A DNA stretch of 64,000 nt from positions 73,875 through 137,874 of the forward strand of contig QPMI01000145.1 in the NCBI GenBank assembly GCA_004431415.1, read 5' to 3'. Source of the DNA: Cyanophora paradoxa CCMP329 (Eukaryota; Plantae; Glaucophyta). The notes under the pieces are model-generated. The model was not told the origin of the DNA. It did not search any database and worked only from the letters and a program-made list of their open reading frames with translations. Position 1 is the stretch's first letter. Each line of letters begins with the position of its first letter. This document shows positions 48,216 to 59,000 of the stretch, piece after piece. The position numbers and the translations under genes are program-made.

Positions 48216-49016
48216 GCCCCGCTCCTGGCCCGTCACCCTTCCCGCCCGCCCCCCAGCTTCCCGATTCCAGCGCCTCACTCCCGCCACCCTCCAGCGCCCC
48301 GTGTACCCCACTCCCTGCCCTTCTCCCCCTCCCTACGCCTCGCCCCCTGCCGACCTCCCGTACCCCGCGCGCATGCACCTCGCCTTCCCCCTCCCCTCCT
48401 TTTCCACAGGACCAAGGACACCAACGCATCAGGCCCTCCTCAAGCTGCAGATCGATAGCTCACAGCTAGGATAAGATAGCAGGACGTCTTCCCTCTATGC
48501 CGCAGAGCCTCAGAGCTAGCCTAGGCGCCACCCCAGTCGATGGCAGCGACGGGGCGGCTGTTGTTGTCTTTAATAAGAACATTGCCCGGTTGGGCTTTTG
48601 CAAAAATACGTCTATATGGCGCCTGGGAGGGTTGCGGTTCACATGCCGGTGCACGCCAAGCTGGCTATCGTGCACGCCAAGCTGGCTATCGTCAAGCTGA
48701 CGTGTATGGCGCCTGTGGGGCGGGGCCGATGCAATTGATGATATGATACTGTCATTAATACCGGTACCACACTAACACGTATACTAGTGGCCGCCGGGCG
48801 GTCGCTTTGCGGGGCGGGGCGCTCGTCCGCTTTATAATTATATTATATCATGATTTACTTATGAGAGTCCCATGTGCATCCCCTTTCTTTCGTTGCGGAG
48901 GGGCCAGCGCGGTTCAATCCCTCTAGATGTTACACTCGTATGCATGCACTGGATATTCCAATATTCCAGGTTCAGGTTCAATATTCCAAGGACAGGCCAA
49001 GGTTCGCATGCATGCA

Positions 49017-52000
49017 CTAGGCCACGGAGCAGGTCTTTGGGCCGCCGCGGCCGCCGCCGCCGGCCTCGGCGGCGGCGCGGAGCTCGTCGGCCCGCCGGCG
49101 CGCCCGCGCGAGGCGCCCCCGCTGCTCCGCCACCGCCCGCTCCAGCGCCTCCGCCTCCCCGCCCCCGCCGCCGCCCCTGCGCCGGCCCCGGCGCCCGCGC
49201 CGGGGCGCGCGGGGGCCGCCCTCTGCTGGGACGGGCCCGGGGTCGACCAGGGCGGAATCGGGCCAGGCGTGAAAAAGGGGCGCGTGCACCTGGGCGGACG
49301 CGGGGCGCGCGGCGGTGGCTGCGGCTGCAGCCAGGCCCGGCAGCGACTCGAGCAGCGCGTCGAGGTTCTGCGCCCAGCCCCGCCCCGCCCCGGCGCCGGC
49401 GTCAGGGCGGACGGCTGCGGGCGGAGAAGACGGAAGAGATGCGAGAGAGCGGGGCGGGCCGACAGGAGGGCGACGTTGCCCTTGGTGACGTAGACGTAGG
49501 GCCCGGCCTCGGGGAAGAGGCCCTCCAGGAGCCCCTCCGGCGCCTGCGGCCGCGGGCCGGGGCCCGAGGGCGGAGGCCACTCAGGCAAGGCCGCAGCTGG
49601 CGCAGCGACGGATCGCGGCTGCGTGGACCGCGCGCGCGCGCCTGGAGGTCGGAGACCATGACGGGCTTCAGGGGGCGCTTGTTCAGCTCCGCCAGCTACG
49701 AGCGAGCGAGGGCGTGAGGGGGGTACAGGAGCCGCGGGGGGTACGGGTCGCGCCTGGAGGCGGTCGCGGAGGAGCGGGTCGGCGAGAGCGGCGGTGGAAA
49801 GGAGGGGCAGGAAGGCCGCGCACTGTACCCCCGTACGCCGCGTCAGGCGGCGCGAAGCGGGGCGCGGCCACGGGGCGCGCGGGGCCGGGCGGGAGCAGAC
49901 CTTCACGACCGCCCGGGCGCCCTCGTCGCCGGCCGGGGCGGCGCCGGCGGATTGTGGGCGCTGGGCGCCCCGCCGGAGCACTCGAGCCAGCAGCGGCGGC
50001 CGCGGTGGGCCAGGCCCCGCACGAACTGGCCCGCAAACGCCGCGTCCTGACCCGGCGCGCCGTCTCGATCAGAGGTGGAAGCCCGCAGCGGGCTCTGCGG
50101 GGCGCGGACCGCGGCGTGGCACCAGACGAAGAGGAATGGCTCCGCCTCGTCGACGGCGCAGCGGGCGCCGGGCGTCGCGAGCAGCGCCGCCGCCGCCTGC
50201 GCCAGCGCCTCCTGCCCGCGGCGCCGGCCCCGCCGGCCCCGCCCGTCGCCAGCCGCTGGGTCAGCGTGAGGGCGAAGGGCGGCAGTCCCGCAGCGAAGAG
50301 GGCGTCCCTGCGGGCGGGCGGGCGGGCGGGCGGCGTTGTAAAGTAGGCGGGGCGCCCCGGGCCGCCGCCCCAGGACCGCGCGCGGCGTACGTGGAGAGGT
50401 CCCTAAAGCCTCCCCGAGTCAGCCTGGCAGGGGCGGGCGGGAGAAGGCGGGGGAGGCTAGGGGCCGGGAGGAGGCGGACGCGAACTGCTGCTTCATCAGC
50501 GCCCCCTGCGCGCCCCGCCGAGTCGGGTGACCAAGAGGGGGGGGGGGAGGAGGGGTAGACGGACCTGCAGCTGGTCGTCCAGTGCGCACTTCTCGCGCCA
50601 GACGGGGTACACGGGCCTCCCCAGGCGCCGCGCGGCCGCCAGCTGCGCCCGGCACCGCGCCGAGGCCGCCCCCGCGGCGCTGCGCGCGGGGCGGGCGTGA
50701 GCGGCCGCCGGGTACCCCCCTGAAGCTCAAGACGGGTACCTGACGACGAAGATAAGGGCCTGCGCCCTGCGGAGGCCCGCCGCCTCCTGCGCGGCTGTGC
50801 GCGTCGGCCGGCGGCGAGCACGCGAGCGAGCGGGCCGCGCCGCACGCACGTCGGCCTCGCCGGCGTCGTCCAGCGCGCACTGCGGGGGCGGCCGGCCGGG
50901 GGCGGGCGGGCGGGCGCTCAGCGACCGCTCCCGGGTCCGCGCAAAGCTGCGCGGGGCACGCGTGCAAGCGGCGGGGCGCACGGTGACGTGGGCTGCCTCG
51001 AGGCCCTCGAGAAGCCGCCGCGCAAAGGCCGCGTCCTCCCCCGCGTGCCTGCGGAGATGAGGGCGGCTCGCCGAGCGAGGGGAAAAGAGAGGGAGGCGAG
51101 GCGAGGGAGGGGGGTGCGCACGCGACAAACGCGTCGCGGATGCCGCCCGCGCGCTTCAGCGCCGCCTGCGGTCGCGGCGGGCGCGAGGGGCTCGAGCCCG
51201 CGGGAGTCTCAGGGGGGTACGGCGAACCTGGAAGGTGACGTCGGGATGGGCCTGCACGACCATCCTGCGGCGAAAACGATTCAGGGGGGGTACAGGGGCG
51301 CGGGCCGGGGTCGCTCGCTTTCGGTTGGGTCCTTCACCGACAGTCCGCGCCGGGTCCGCCCCTGCAGAGTCCCGTCAGGGGAAAGGGTGGAGTAGGGGGG
51401 GTAGGAGAGGATTAGGCCTGCCCCGCTGCATGAGGAGGAGGCAGGCGTCGAGCATCGCGGGGCCCTGGCTGGCTGCATGGAAGAGGGGCGTGCGGCCCTC
51501 GCCGTCCGGAGTGCTGCAGCCCGCCCCGGCCCGCCGCCTCAGCAGCGCGGGGCGGGCTTGCGGGGCGGACGCGCGCGGCGAGGCGCACTCGAGGGCGCCC
51601 TTGGGGGCGGCCGCCGCGAGGCGCAGCGCCGTGATGCGGAAGCCGTGCCTGCGCGCGCCGCGGCCTCAGGATCAGGGCTGGTTGGCTGCCGGGGGGGAGG
51701 GGGAGGGAGGGTGGGGGGGGCGGGGCGGGGCGGGGGCGAGCCGCGCGGCGCACCGGCAGGCGGCGTGCAGGGCCGACTCCGATTCATCGTCATCGTCGTC
51801 CTCATCATCATCGTCGTCGTCCTCCCCGCCGTCGTCGTCCGCGTACCTGTTCAGGTGGTGGCGCACACGAGGTGCGCGCATTTAGGTGCACGCGAGAGAA
51901 CGGGGGCCGCCCCCGCTTCTAGAAAGGGAGCTCGCCTTGCTAGCGCCTCCGCCCCGCCCCGCTCTTAGCTTGGGACCTAGCTCCCCCAGCCCTATCCTAC

Positions 52001-53718
52001 CGCCGTCGTCGTCCGCGTACCTGTTCAGGTGGTGGCTCGTGATGCCCCCGCCCGGCCTCGTCCGGAACCTCCGGCGCTGCGGGCGGGCGGGCGGGCGGGC
52101 GATCGCGGGCGGGATCGATCCATTATAATTAGCCAGGCCCGCGACCGAGCGTCCTTGAGCGGACCTTTAGGCGGCCCTCGAGGGCTAGGACGCGAAGTGC
52201 GCCCCAGATGAGCTCCTGCATGGCCCCGCCCCGCGGGCCCGCCGCCGCCTCCAGCGCCGGCGCGAAGTCGCCAGTCCACAGCGTCCCATCGCAGTGCAGC
52301 GCCAGGTCAAGGCACGTCCTGCCCGCCCCGCCCCGCCCCACGCCCGCCACGTCGGCAGGGAAGGGGGAAAACGGCGCCGCAAGGAGTCGAACCGGAGATC
52401 TTCGAGCAGCCCTTCCTCCGCGGAACGTGCGGCAGCTCTCAAAAAGCTGCGAGGAGGGGGGGGGGGGGGGGGGAGGAGGGGGGATGAGCTCGGATGGGGG
52501 GGAGGGGGGGGAGGGGGGAGGGGGGGGACGTTCCCCCGCGCACCCGCCGGCCTTGCCGTGGAGCCGCAGTTCGCGGCCGTAGCTCATCTTGTTCAGCTCC
52601 TTGGCGCGCTCCGGTACCCCCCGCAGCACGGGCGGCCGCGGGCGGTCGCCCTTACCGCACGCCTCTGCCTCGAGGCGGATGAGGTGCCTGCGAGAGGCTG
52701 TAAATAAACGAAGGGCGGGGCGGGGCGGGGCGGGGCGGGGCGGGGCGCGCGTGCGGGTGGGCGCGCAGTCGTGGCTGTAGCGGGAGGCGGCGCCGAGGGG
52801 CGGCATGCCTTCCTCGTCAAGCGCGTCCAGCGACGCCCCGGCGGCGAGCAGCAGATCCAACAGCTCCGGGCTCCCGTCTCGCGCCACCCTGCGCCCCGGC
52901 CCGGCGCCTAAGAGAGAAAGAGAGAGCGCGGGAGGGAGAGAGAGAGAGCGCGTGGGGGGCCGGGCCGCACTCACTCGTGGATGACTTCTCCGCCGGGCGG
53001 CTTGTTGATGTCGATCCTCACGAGCTTCTGCGCGGGTCCGACCCTCGCGCCCCTGCGCGCGCGCCCGCCGGCGTGAGCTAGCTCGAGCCGGCAGCGGAGC
53101 GGCGGGGCGGCACCGCTCGACGAGGAGGCGGACGAGGCCGAGAAGCTCCTCGGCGCGGTGGTCCAGCGCGGCCCACGCGAGGGGCCGGCCCACGTCCAGC
53201 ACCGGGCCCCGCTCGTCGAGGGCGCCCCCCCCGTCCTCGGCGTTCGCGTCGGCGCCCTGCAGGCCGCCCCGCCGCCGCCGCCGGGCCGCCCCGGTTGGCA
53301 GAGCGGCGCCGGCGCCGGCGGGCCCCGGGGCGGCACCTTGTCGAGGAGCAGCCGGATGAGGGAAAGCGGCGGGGCCCCCCGCGAGTCCTCTCCGCGCATC
53401 AGCGCCCGCGAGAGGGGCGTAACCCCGTACCCATCCTTCGCCTCTACGTCCGGCATCTCCAGCATCTTCGCAAGCTTATCATCCTCGCTCTTGGCATCTA
53501 TGTCCGCGCCCGCATCCAGCAGGACCCTGCGACGGGCGGCGCTCGGCAGAGGGGAAGTGGAGGAGGGAGGGTAGGGGAGGGGAGAAGGCGGGGGGTACCG
53601 GGCGGTCTCGACGATGTCGCGCTCCACGGCGTCTTTCGCCGCAGCGAAGAGGGGCGCGTCGGGGTGGTCCTCGCCAGGCCCGCGCTCCAGCCCCAACTGC
53701 CCCCTGCTCCGCGTCGGG

Positions 53719-53765
<47 letters not shown>

Positions 53766-55868
53766 TGGTCCCACGGGGGTACGCACGCCGTGCAGGAGGC
53801 GGCGAGGTGGAGGGGCGTGAGCCCGCCGCCTCTGACGGGGAGCGAGGGGGGTACGCCCATTTCGAGGAGGGCCCGCACGCAGGCCGGGCGCGCCGCCGCC
53901 GCCGCCGCGTGGATCGCGGCGCGACGGTTCTGGGGCACCCGGTGGGCAGGGGCGCGGGCCAGGGTCCCCTTCTGGGACCGGGGGCGGACCGTATGGTATG
54001 TTGAAACGCCCACGCCGAGAGCGACGAGGGCCCTGCCAGGGGCTGGGCCGGGCGAGCGGGCGGGCGTGCCGGCGGGGCGGGCGGGCGCGGGGCGCACCTG
54101 AGTGCCTCGACGTGACCTTCGGAGGAGGCGGCGAGGAGGGCGGCGGTGCCGTGGCCGGCCAAGTCGGCCCCGCGGCGCGCCAGCAGCTGCACGCAGGCGG
54201 CGTGGCCCCGCGCCGCCGCCTGCTCCAGCGCCGACACCTCGGCGCCCTGCCGCCGCTCAGAGGTCGCAGGCGGGGAGGGGAGGGCGGGGCGGCGCGCCCC
54301 GCGCGCTGGCGCGCCTGGCGATCGCTCCGTTCGTCCTGCTCGCGGCGGATCGAGCCGCGGGCGTTGACGTCGGCGCCGCGGTCGAGGAGGAGCTCGGTGA
54401 CCTCGGCGTGCCCCCCCGCCGCCGCCTCCAGCAGGCTCGGCCACGGCAGCTTCCACTTGGGTTCTCCCTCCGCATCCCCGGCCGACCCCTCCCCGTCCTC
54501 GGCCTTCGCCCCACGCTCCAGGAGGTACCTGCAAATGCGGGGGGTCGGTCAAGTCTCACGGCTCACGGCGCGGCGGAAGCACCGCACCGGACGGCGTCGA
54601 GGTGGCCGTAGCGGGCGGCGAGGTTCAACGGCGTTCCTGCGTACTCGTAGTGGACCCGCACGGCCTCGCCGCGCTCCTCGACCAGGTACCGCAGCACGCC
54701 CAGGCGGCCCGCCCTCGCCGCCGCGTGCAGCGGGCGCCTGCCCTGCACCAGCAGCACGCCCCCGGGGCCCTCTGCCCCGCCCTCCTCCTCCTTCTCCTGC
54801 TTCTTCGGGGCGTGCTCCAGAAGGTGCCTGCGCGGCAAGCGGCCCAGTGGTCAGCTGGGGCGCGATCCCGCCCAGTGCCCCCGAGCTCGGATGGCCCGGG
54901 GATGCAGAGCAGGCACCGGGTGAGCTCGACGCTGCCGCTCTCGGCCGCGCAGTACGCCGCGTCCTGCAAGATATAATCGAGTAGGCTGGGCGAGGGTTGG
55001 GGCGCCGGCCACGAGTCGAGCAGCAGCCTGCGCGGGGGTCGAGGCGCGCGGCGCAAGGCGCCCCCGGGCCCCGGCCCGGCGGAAGGCGCACCGCGTGAGG
55101 GCGAGGTTTCCGCCTCGCGCCGCCGCGAGGACCGCCCCGGCGTAGCCCTTCGCGCCGGTGTCCCGCGTGTCCGACCCCTCAAAGCCCTCGCGCTTCGCAA
55201 CGAGCCTCCTGCGATCATTCGCGGGGCGCGGGCGTGAGGTTCGCCGGCGCCCTCCCGGGCGCGGCGCGGCGGCGCGCCCCGGCCGCACTGGATCTCTTCG
55301 GCGTCGCCGGCGCGCGCGGCCTTGTACAGGGCGCCCGGCTCTCCGCCGAAGTCCTTCGGCGGCGCCCCCCGGTCGATGAGCAGCCTGCGGGCGGGGCGGG
55401 GCCGGGCGCGTGTGCGGTAAGCTAAGCGCGCGAGCGCTGCGCGTGGCACGCGGCGTGTAGCGTCGGACCGGATGACTTCAGTGCGACCGCCACGAACGGC
55501 ATGCCAGAGCGGCGTTCGGCCGGCCGCGTCTGGAGCGGTGGCGGGAGCTCCCCGGTCGAGAAGGAGCCTGCGCGATGCGTGGGCGATCGCATGTGGACCC
55601 GGAGGCTTCCCGAGCGTCAACTCGCACCGGCAGGCAGCTGCGTCGCCATTCGATGAAGCGTATGCGAGAGGCTGCGGCGTCGACCGGCGTGAGATGTCGC
55701 GCGCGCGACTCAGCGAGGTCACGTTCGCGTTCGGGGGCACACCGTGAGCCCGTCCGTCGGGCGCGCCGCGCGCGGATCAACGGGCAAGTCAGCGCCGGCC
55801 GCGAACTGGCCCCAGAACGCCGCGAGCTCGCGGTCGCTCGAACTCTGCGAGCCAAAGCTCGCCCCCAT
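49017..55868 (-). CDS. Ankyrin-repeat TIR-TIR protein with degenerate TIR active sites and a C-terminal CaaX
   Basis: Start MGASFGSQ...DGLT|PLAYASSNG. Many ANK motifs (GRTPLWHA, GTPLNLAARYGH, GLTPLHLAA, GVTPLSRA, GRTPLFHAA). TIR1: RDAFVAHAGEDAAFARRLLEGL..ALIFVVS..SARCRAQLAAARRLGRPVYPVW. TIR2: PFLFVWCH..LAHRGRRCWLE..AFLPLLS..LKPVMV. Ends ...KTCSVA*. Confidence 0.8.
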
Positions 55869-56008
55869 CTATGGGCTGCAGGATGCTAGCTCAACCTGGT
55901 GCGGCAGTGCATTTGATCAGAGGCTTGGGGGTACGGTTTATTGGAAAAGTTGATCGAACCGCTGCCTCGTCCTCAGCTGTAGGGAGCGCTAGCGCGGCTG
56001 CGCAGTCG
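55869..56008. promoter_or_regulatory. Putative bidirectional promoter of the ANK-TIR-TIR pair (~140 bp)
   Basis: Divergent ATGs at 55868 (-) and 56009 (+); an alternative upstream + ATG lies at 55871. Confidence 0.5.
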
Positions 56009-59000
56009 ATGTCAGCCGCCGAGATGGACTCGCACGAGGCCGACGAAGCGCTGCTACTGGCTGCGGGCGCCGGCGATGTCCGCTCCGTCAGGTTCGTGCT
56101 GAAGCCACACGCCCGCACGCTTCGCCTGAAGCGCACGCATCGTTTTCTGCGCAGGGACCATCTCGCGCGCGGGGCTTCCCCGAACGCGCGGCTGAGAAGG
56201 CACCGTTCGCTGAAGCGAGCGGACGGCACGCCCATCCCTCACGACCACGCTGCGTTGCACGAGGCCGCCCGTGCCGGGCATCTCGACGCTCTGCGGTGCG
56301 CCGTGCTGCTGGTCCTAAATTCGAAGCGCGCGCTGACATCGGCGTCTCCTCCGCGCGCAGAGCGCTACTGGATGCGCCGAACGCAGACGTGAACGTGCGC
56401 TTCAGCCCGTACGGGTCCTTGCAATCGGACTTCGGCCCCTCGCCGCTGGAGGCGGCAGCCGCGGCGAACCGCGCGGCCGCCGTCAGCCTGCTGATCGACC
56501 GCGGCGCCGCGCACCTCGACAAGGCGCTCCAGGCCGCCGCGCGGTCGCAGATCGGAGCCGGCGAGGCCGTCCAGTGAGCCCACGCACGCCCCGGGCTGCC
56601 GGCGCGCGCCGCCGGCGCCGCCCCGATATCGATGACGCCGGTGCAGGGCGCTGCTCGAGCGGGGCGTACATCCTCGGCCCGATTGCCTGCAGAGTGCGGC
56701 TGGGGCGGGAAACGCCGGGGCCGTCCGGTGCGGCCCGGTCCTCTCCGTAATGGCCCCGGCCTCCGCGCGCGCGGGGCCCTCACGCGCGCGCGCGCGGCAT
56801 AGTGCGGTGCTCGCAGCTCTCCCGGAGGGGCCCGAGCGGACAGCGGCGGTCGCTGCCTGCAGCTACGACGCGGCACGCGGCGGCAGCGGCGAGGTCGTCA
56901 GGCGCGCGCCGCCCCGCCCGGGGCCCCGCCCCGGCGCAGCGCTTGCGGGGTGGCTCACGGGCCGGCAGGCTGCTGGCGGCGGCCGGCATGCCCGCGGACC
57001 GCGCCCCCCCGCCCGACAGCCTAAACAAGTGTACCCCCGTCGCGTTCGCCGCCCTGCGCGGCAAGCTGGAGAGCGTCACGTGCGCCCCGCGCGAGCCCTA
57101 GTCTAGCGTACCGCCCCCCCGTCCGGGCCCGACGTCTGCGGCGCAGGGCCCTTGTGGAGCTGGGCGCGCGCATCGCCGGCGTCACGATGGCGGGGCTCAA
57201 GGGCCAGCCCGCCCCCGTCTCAGACGCCATATCGTGGCCGCCGAGGGGGGCGACCCCGCGGTCATCCGGTGCCGCCCCGCCCCGCCGGCCGTGCGCGCGC
57301 CGGCCGGCCCGCCCGCCGACGCGCCCGGCCAACAGGTACCTCCTCTCGCGCGGGGCGGCGCTTGAGGCGCGGGACGCGGAAGGGATGACGCCGCTCCTGA
57401 AGGCGGCGGCCTGCGGGCACGGCCCTGCCGTCGAGGCCCTCGCCGCGGCCGGCGCCGACCTCGCGGCGCGCGAGACGGGGCCCTTCGGGCGCCCCTGCCG
57501 GAGGGCAAGGCGGGCGGGGCTGGGGGAGATGGCCCCGCGCTCTCGTACCCCGGCGTGCTGCGGCTAGTCCAGGCCCGGGGCCTCCCGCACGACCTCGCCG
57601 CCCGCTCCGCCGCGTTCTCGCGCGACATCCTCGCGCTCAGCCGCCAGAGGGTGCGCCCCGCCCTGCGCCTGCGCCCGCCCGCCGCCCACGCCCACGCCCC
57701 ACGCCCCACCCCTTCCCCCCCCCCCCCTCCCCTCCTTCCTCCCCCCTCCCCAGGTCCTCAGGACGCCCCTCGGGTTCGCGGTCAAGCGCGGCGATGCGGA
57801 GGCCGTCCGGTGCGCCCCCCGGGCCGGGCCGCCTCTCGATCCGCCCCACCCACGCCCGCCACGCCCGCCGCCGCCGCGCAGGCTGCTTCTCGCTTCGGGC
57901 TCGAGTCCGCACAGCGCCACGACTGTCGTGCGGGTCACGGGGTCGCGCGAGTCCCCGTGCGCCGCCGCCGCCGCCCCGCCGCCGCCCCGCCGGCCGGTCC
58001 GTTCGGCGGCTGCGCCGACGAAGGGCGCGCCTCAGGTCCGAGGGCGACCCCCCGCTCCACGTGGCCGCAGCCGAAGGCTTCCCCGAAATCGTCCGGTACC
58101 CCGGCGCCGCTCGCCCATCCACCCTGGCCCGGCCCCGCCTCGGCCGAGCTGGGCGGGGGTGGCGGGGCGGGGCGGGGCCAGGCTGCTGGCTGAGGCGGGG
58201 GCGGACATCGGCGCCGGCGCGAAGGGCTTCCCGCCCCTCGAGAAGGCCATCGCCTCCGGGCGCCGCGAGGTCGTCCGGTGAGCAGGCGGCCGCCGCCGGC
58301 CCGGCCGCCTCGCTGAGCAGGCGGGGGCAGGCTGCTGCTGGAGATGGGCTGCCCCGCGGGTGAGGCGGCCGAGGCGCGCCAGAAGAAACTGGCGGGGGCC
58401 CTGCCCCACGCCGTCGACCGCGGCGACCCCGGCCTTGTCCGGTGCGCGCCGCCGCCGCCGCCGTCTCCAAGCCGGGCCGGGGCCGGGCCGAGCCCGACGC
58501 AGGGAGCTGCTGGCTCGGGGGGCCTCGCCGCGCTGCTGGCGGTGGCCGCAGGGCTGGGGCCCCTGCGAGATCGCCGCCCGCCGGGGCTACCTCGAGATCC
58601 TCCAGTGCGCCCCGCCTCGCCCCGCTTCGTGCCGAGGCCGCCTGCGCTCGCGCCGAGCCCGCCCTGCCGCAGGCTTCTCGTGCAGCACGAGCCGCCGACG
58701 GCGGAGGTGCTGGACAAGGTGGCTGCGGGCGCGGCGCAGGAGGGCAGCGCCGCCTGCCTCCGCCTGGCCCTGGAGCGCGGCGCGGATCCGCGGCGCCGCT
58801 TCCAGGAGCGGGGCGAGCAGGCGCAAGAGCACGATCCCTGGGTGACACCCCTTCTGCTGGCCGCTCAGCACGGGCGCCCGGACTGCGTGCGGGAGCTGCT
58901 CGACCGGGGGGCCGACCCCGCGGAGGTGGCGGGCGTCACCGCCTCCAAGAGCAAGAAGAAGAAGAAGGGTGAAGGGGACGAGGGGCAGCGGGCGGCGGCG

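Noticed and set aside
47128-48474. Six overlapping long ORFs as real genes
   Set aside because: They are explained by a stop-free GC minisatellite
48780-48810. Helitron 3' end (hairpin + CTAG)
   Set aside because: The hairpin is weak and directly adjacent to CTAG, and no matching 5' end or Rep/helicase was seen
53719-53763. Poly-G tract as a functional G-quadruplex
   Set aside because: An intronic homopolymer of unreliable length; similar runs are common here
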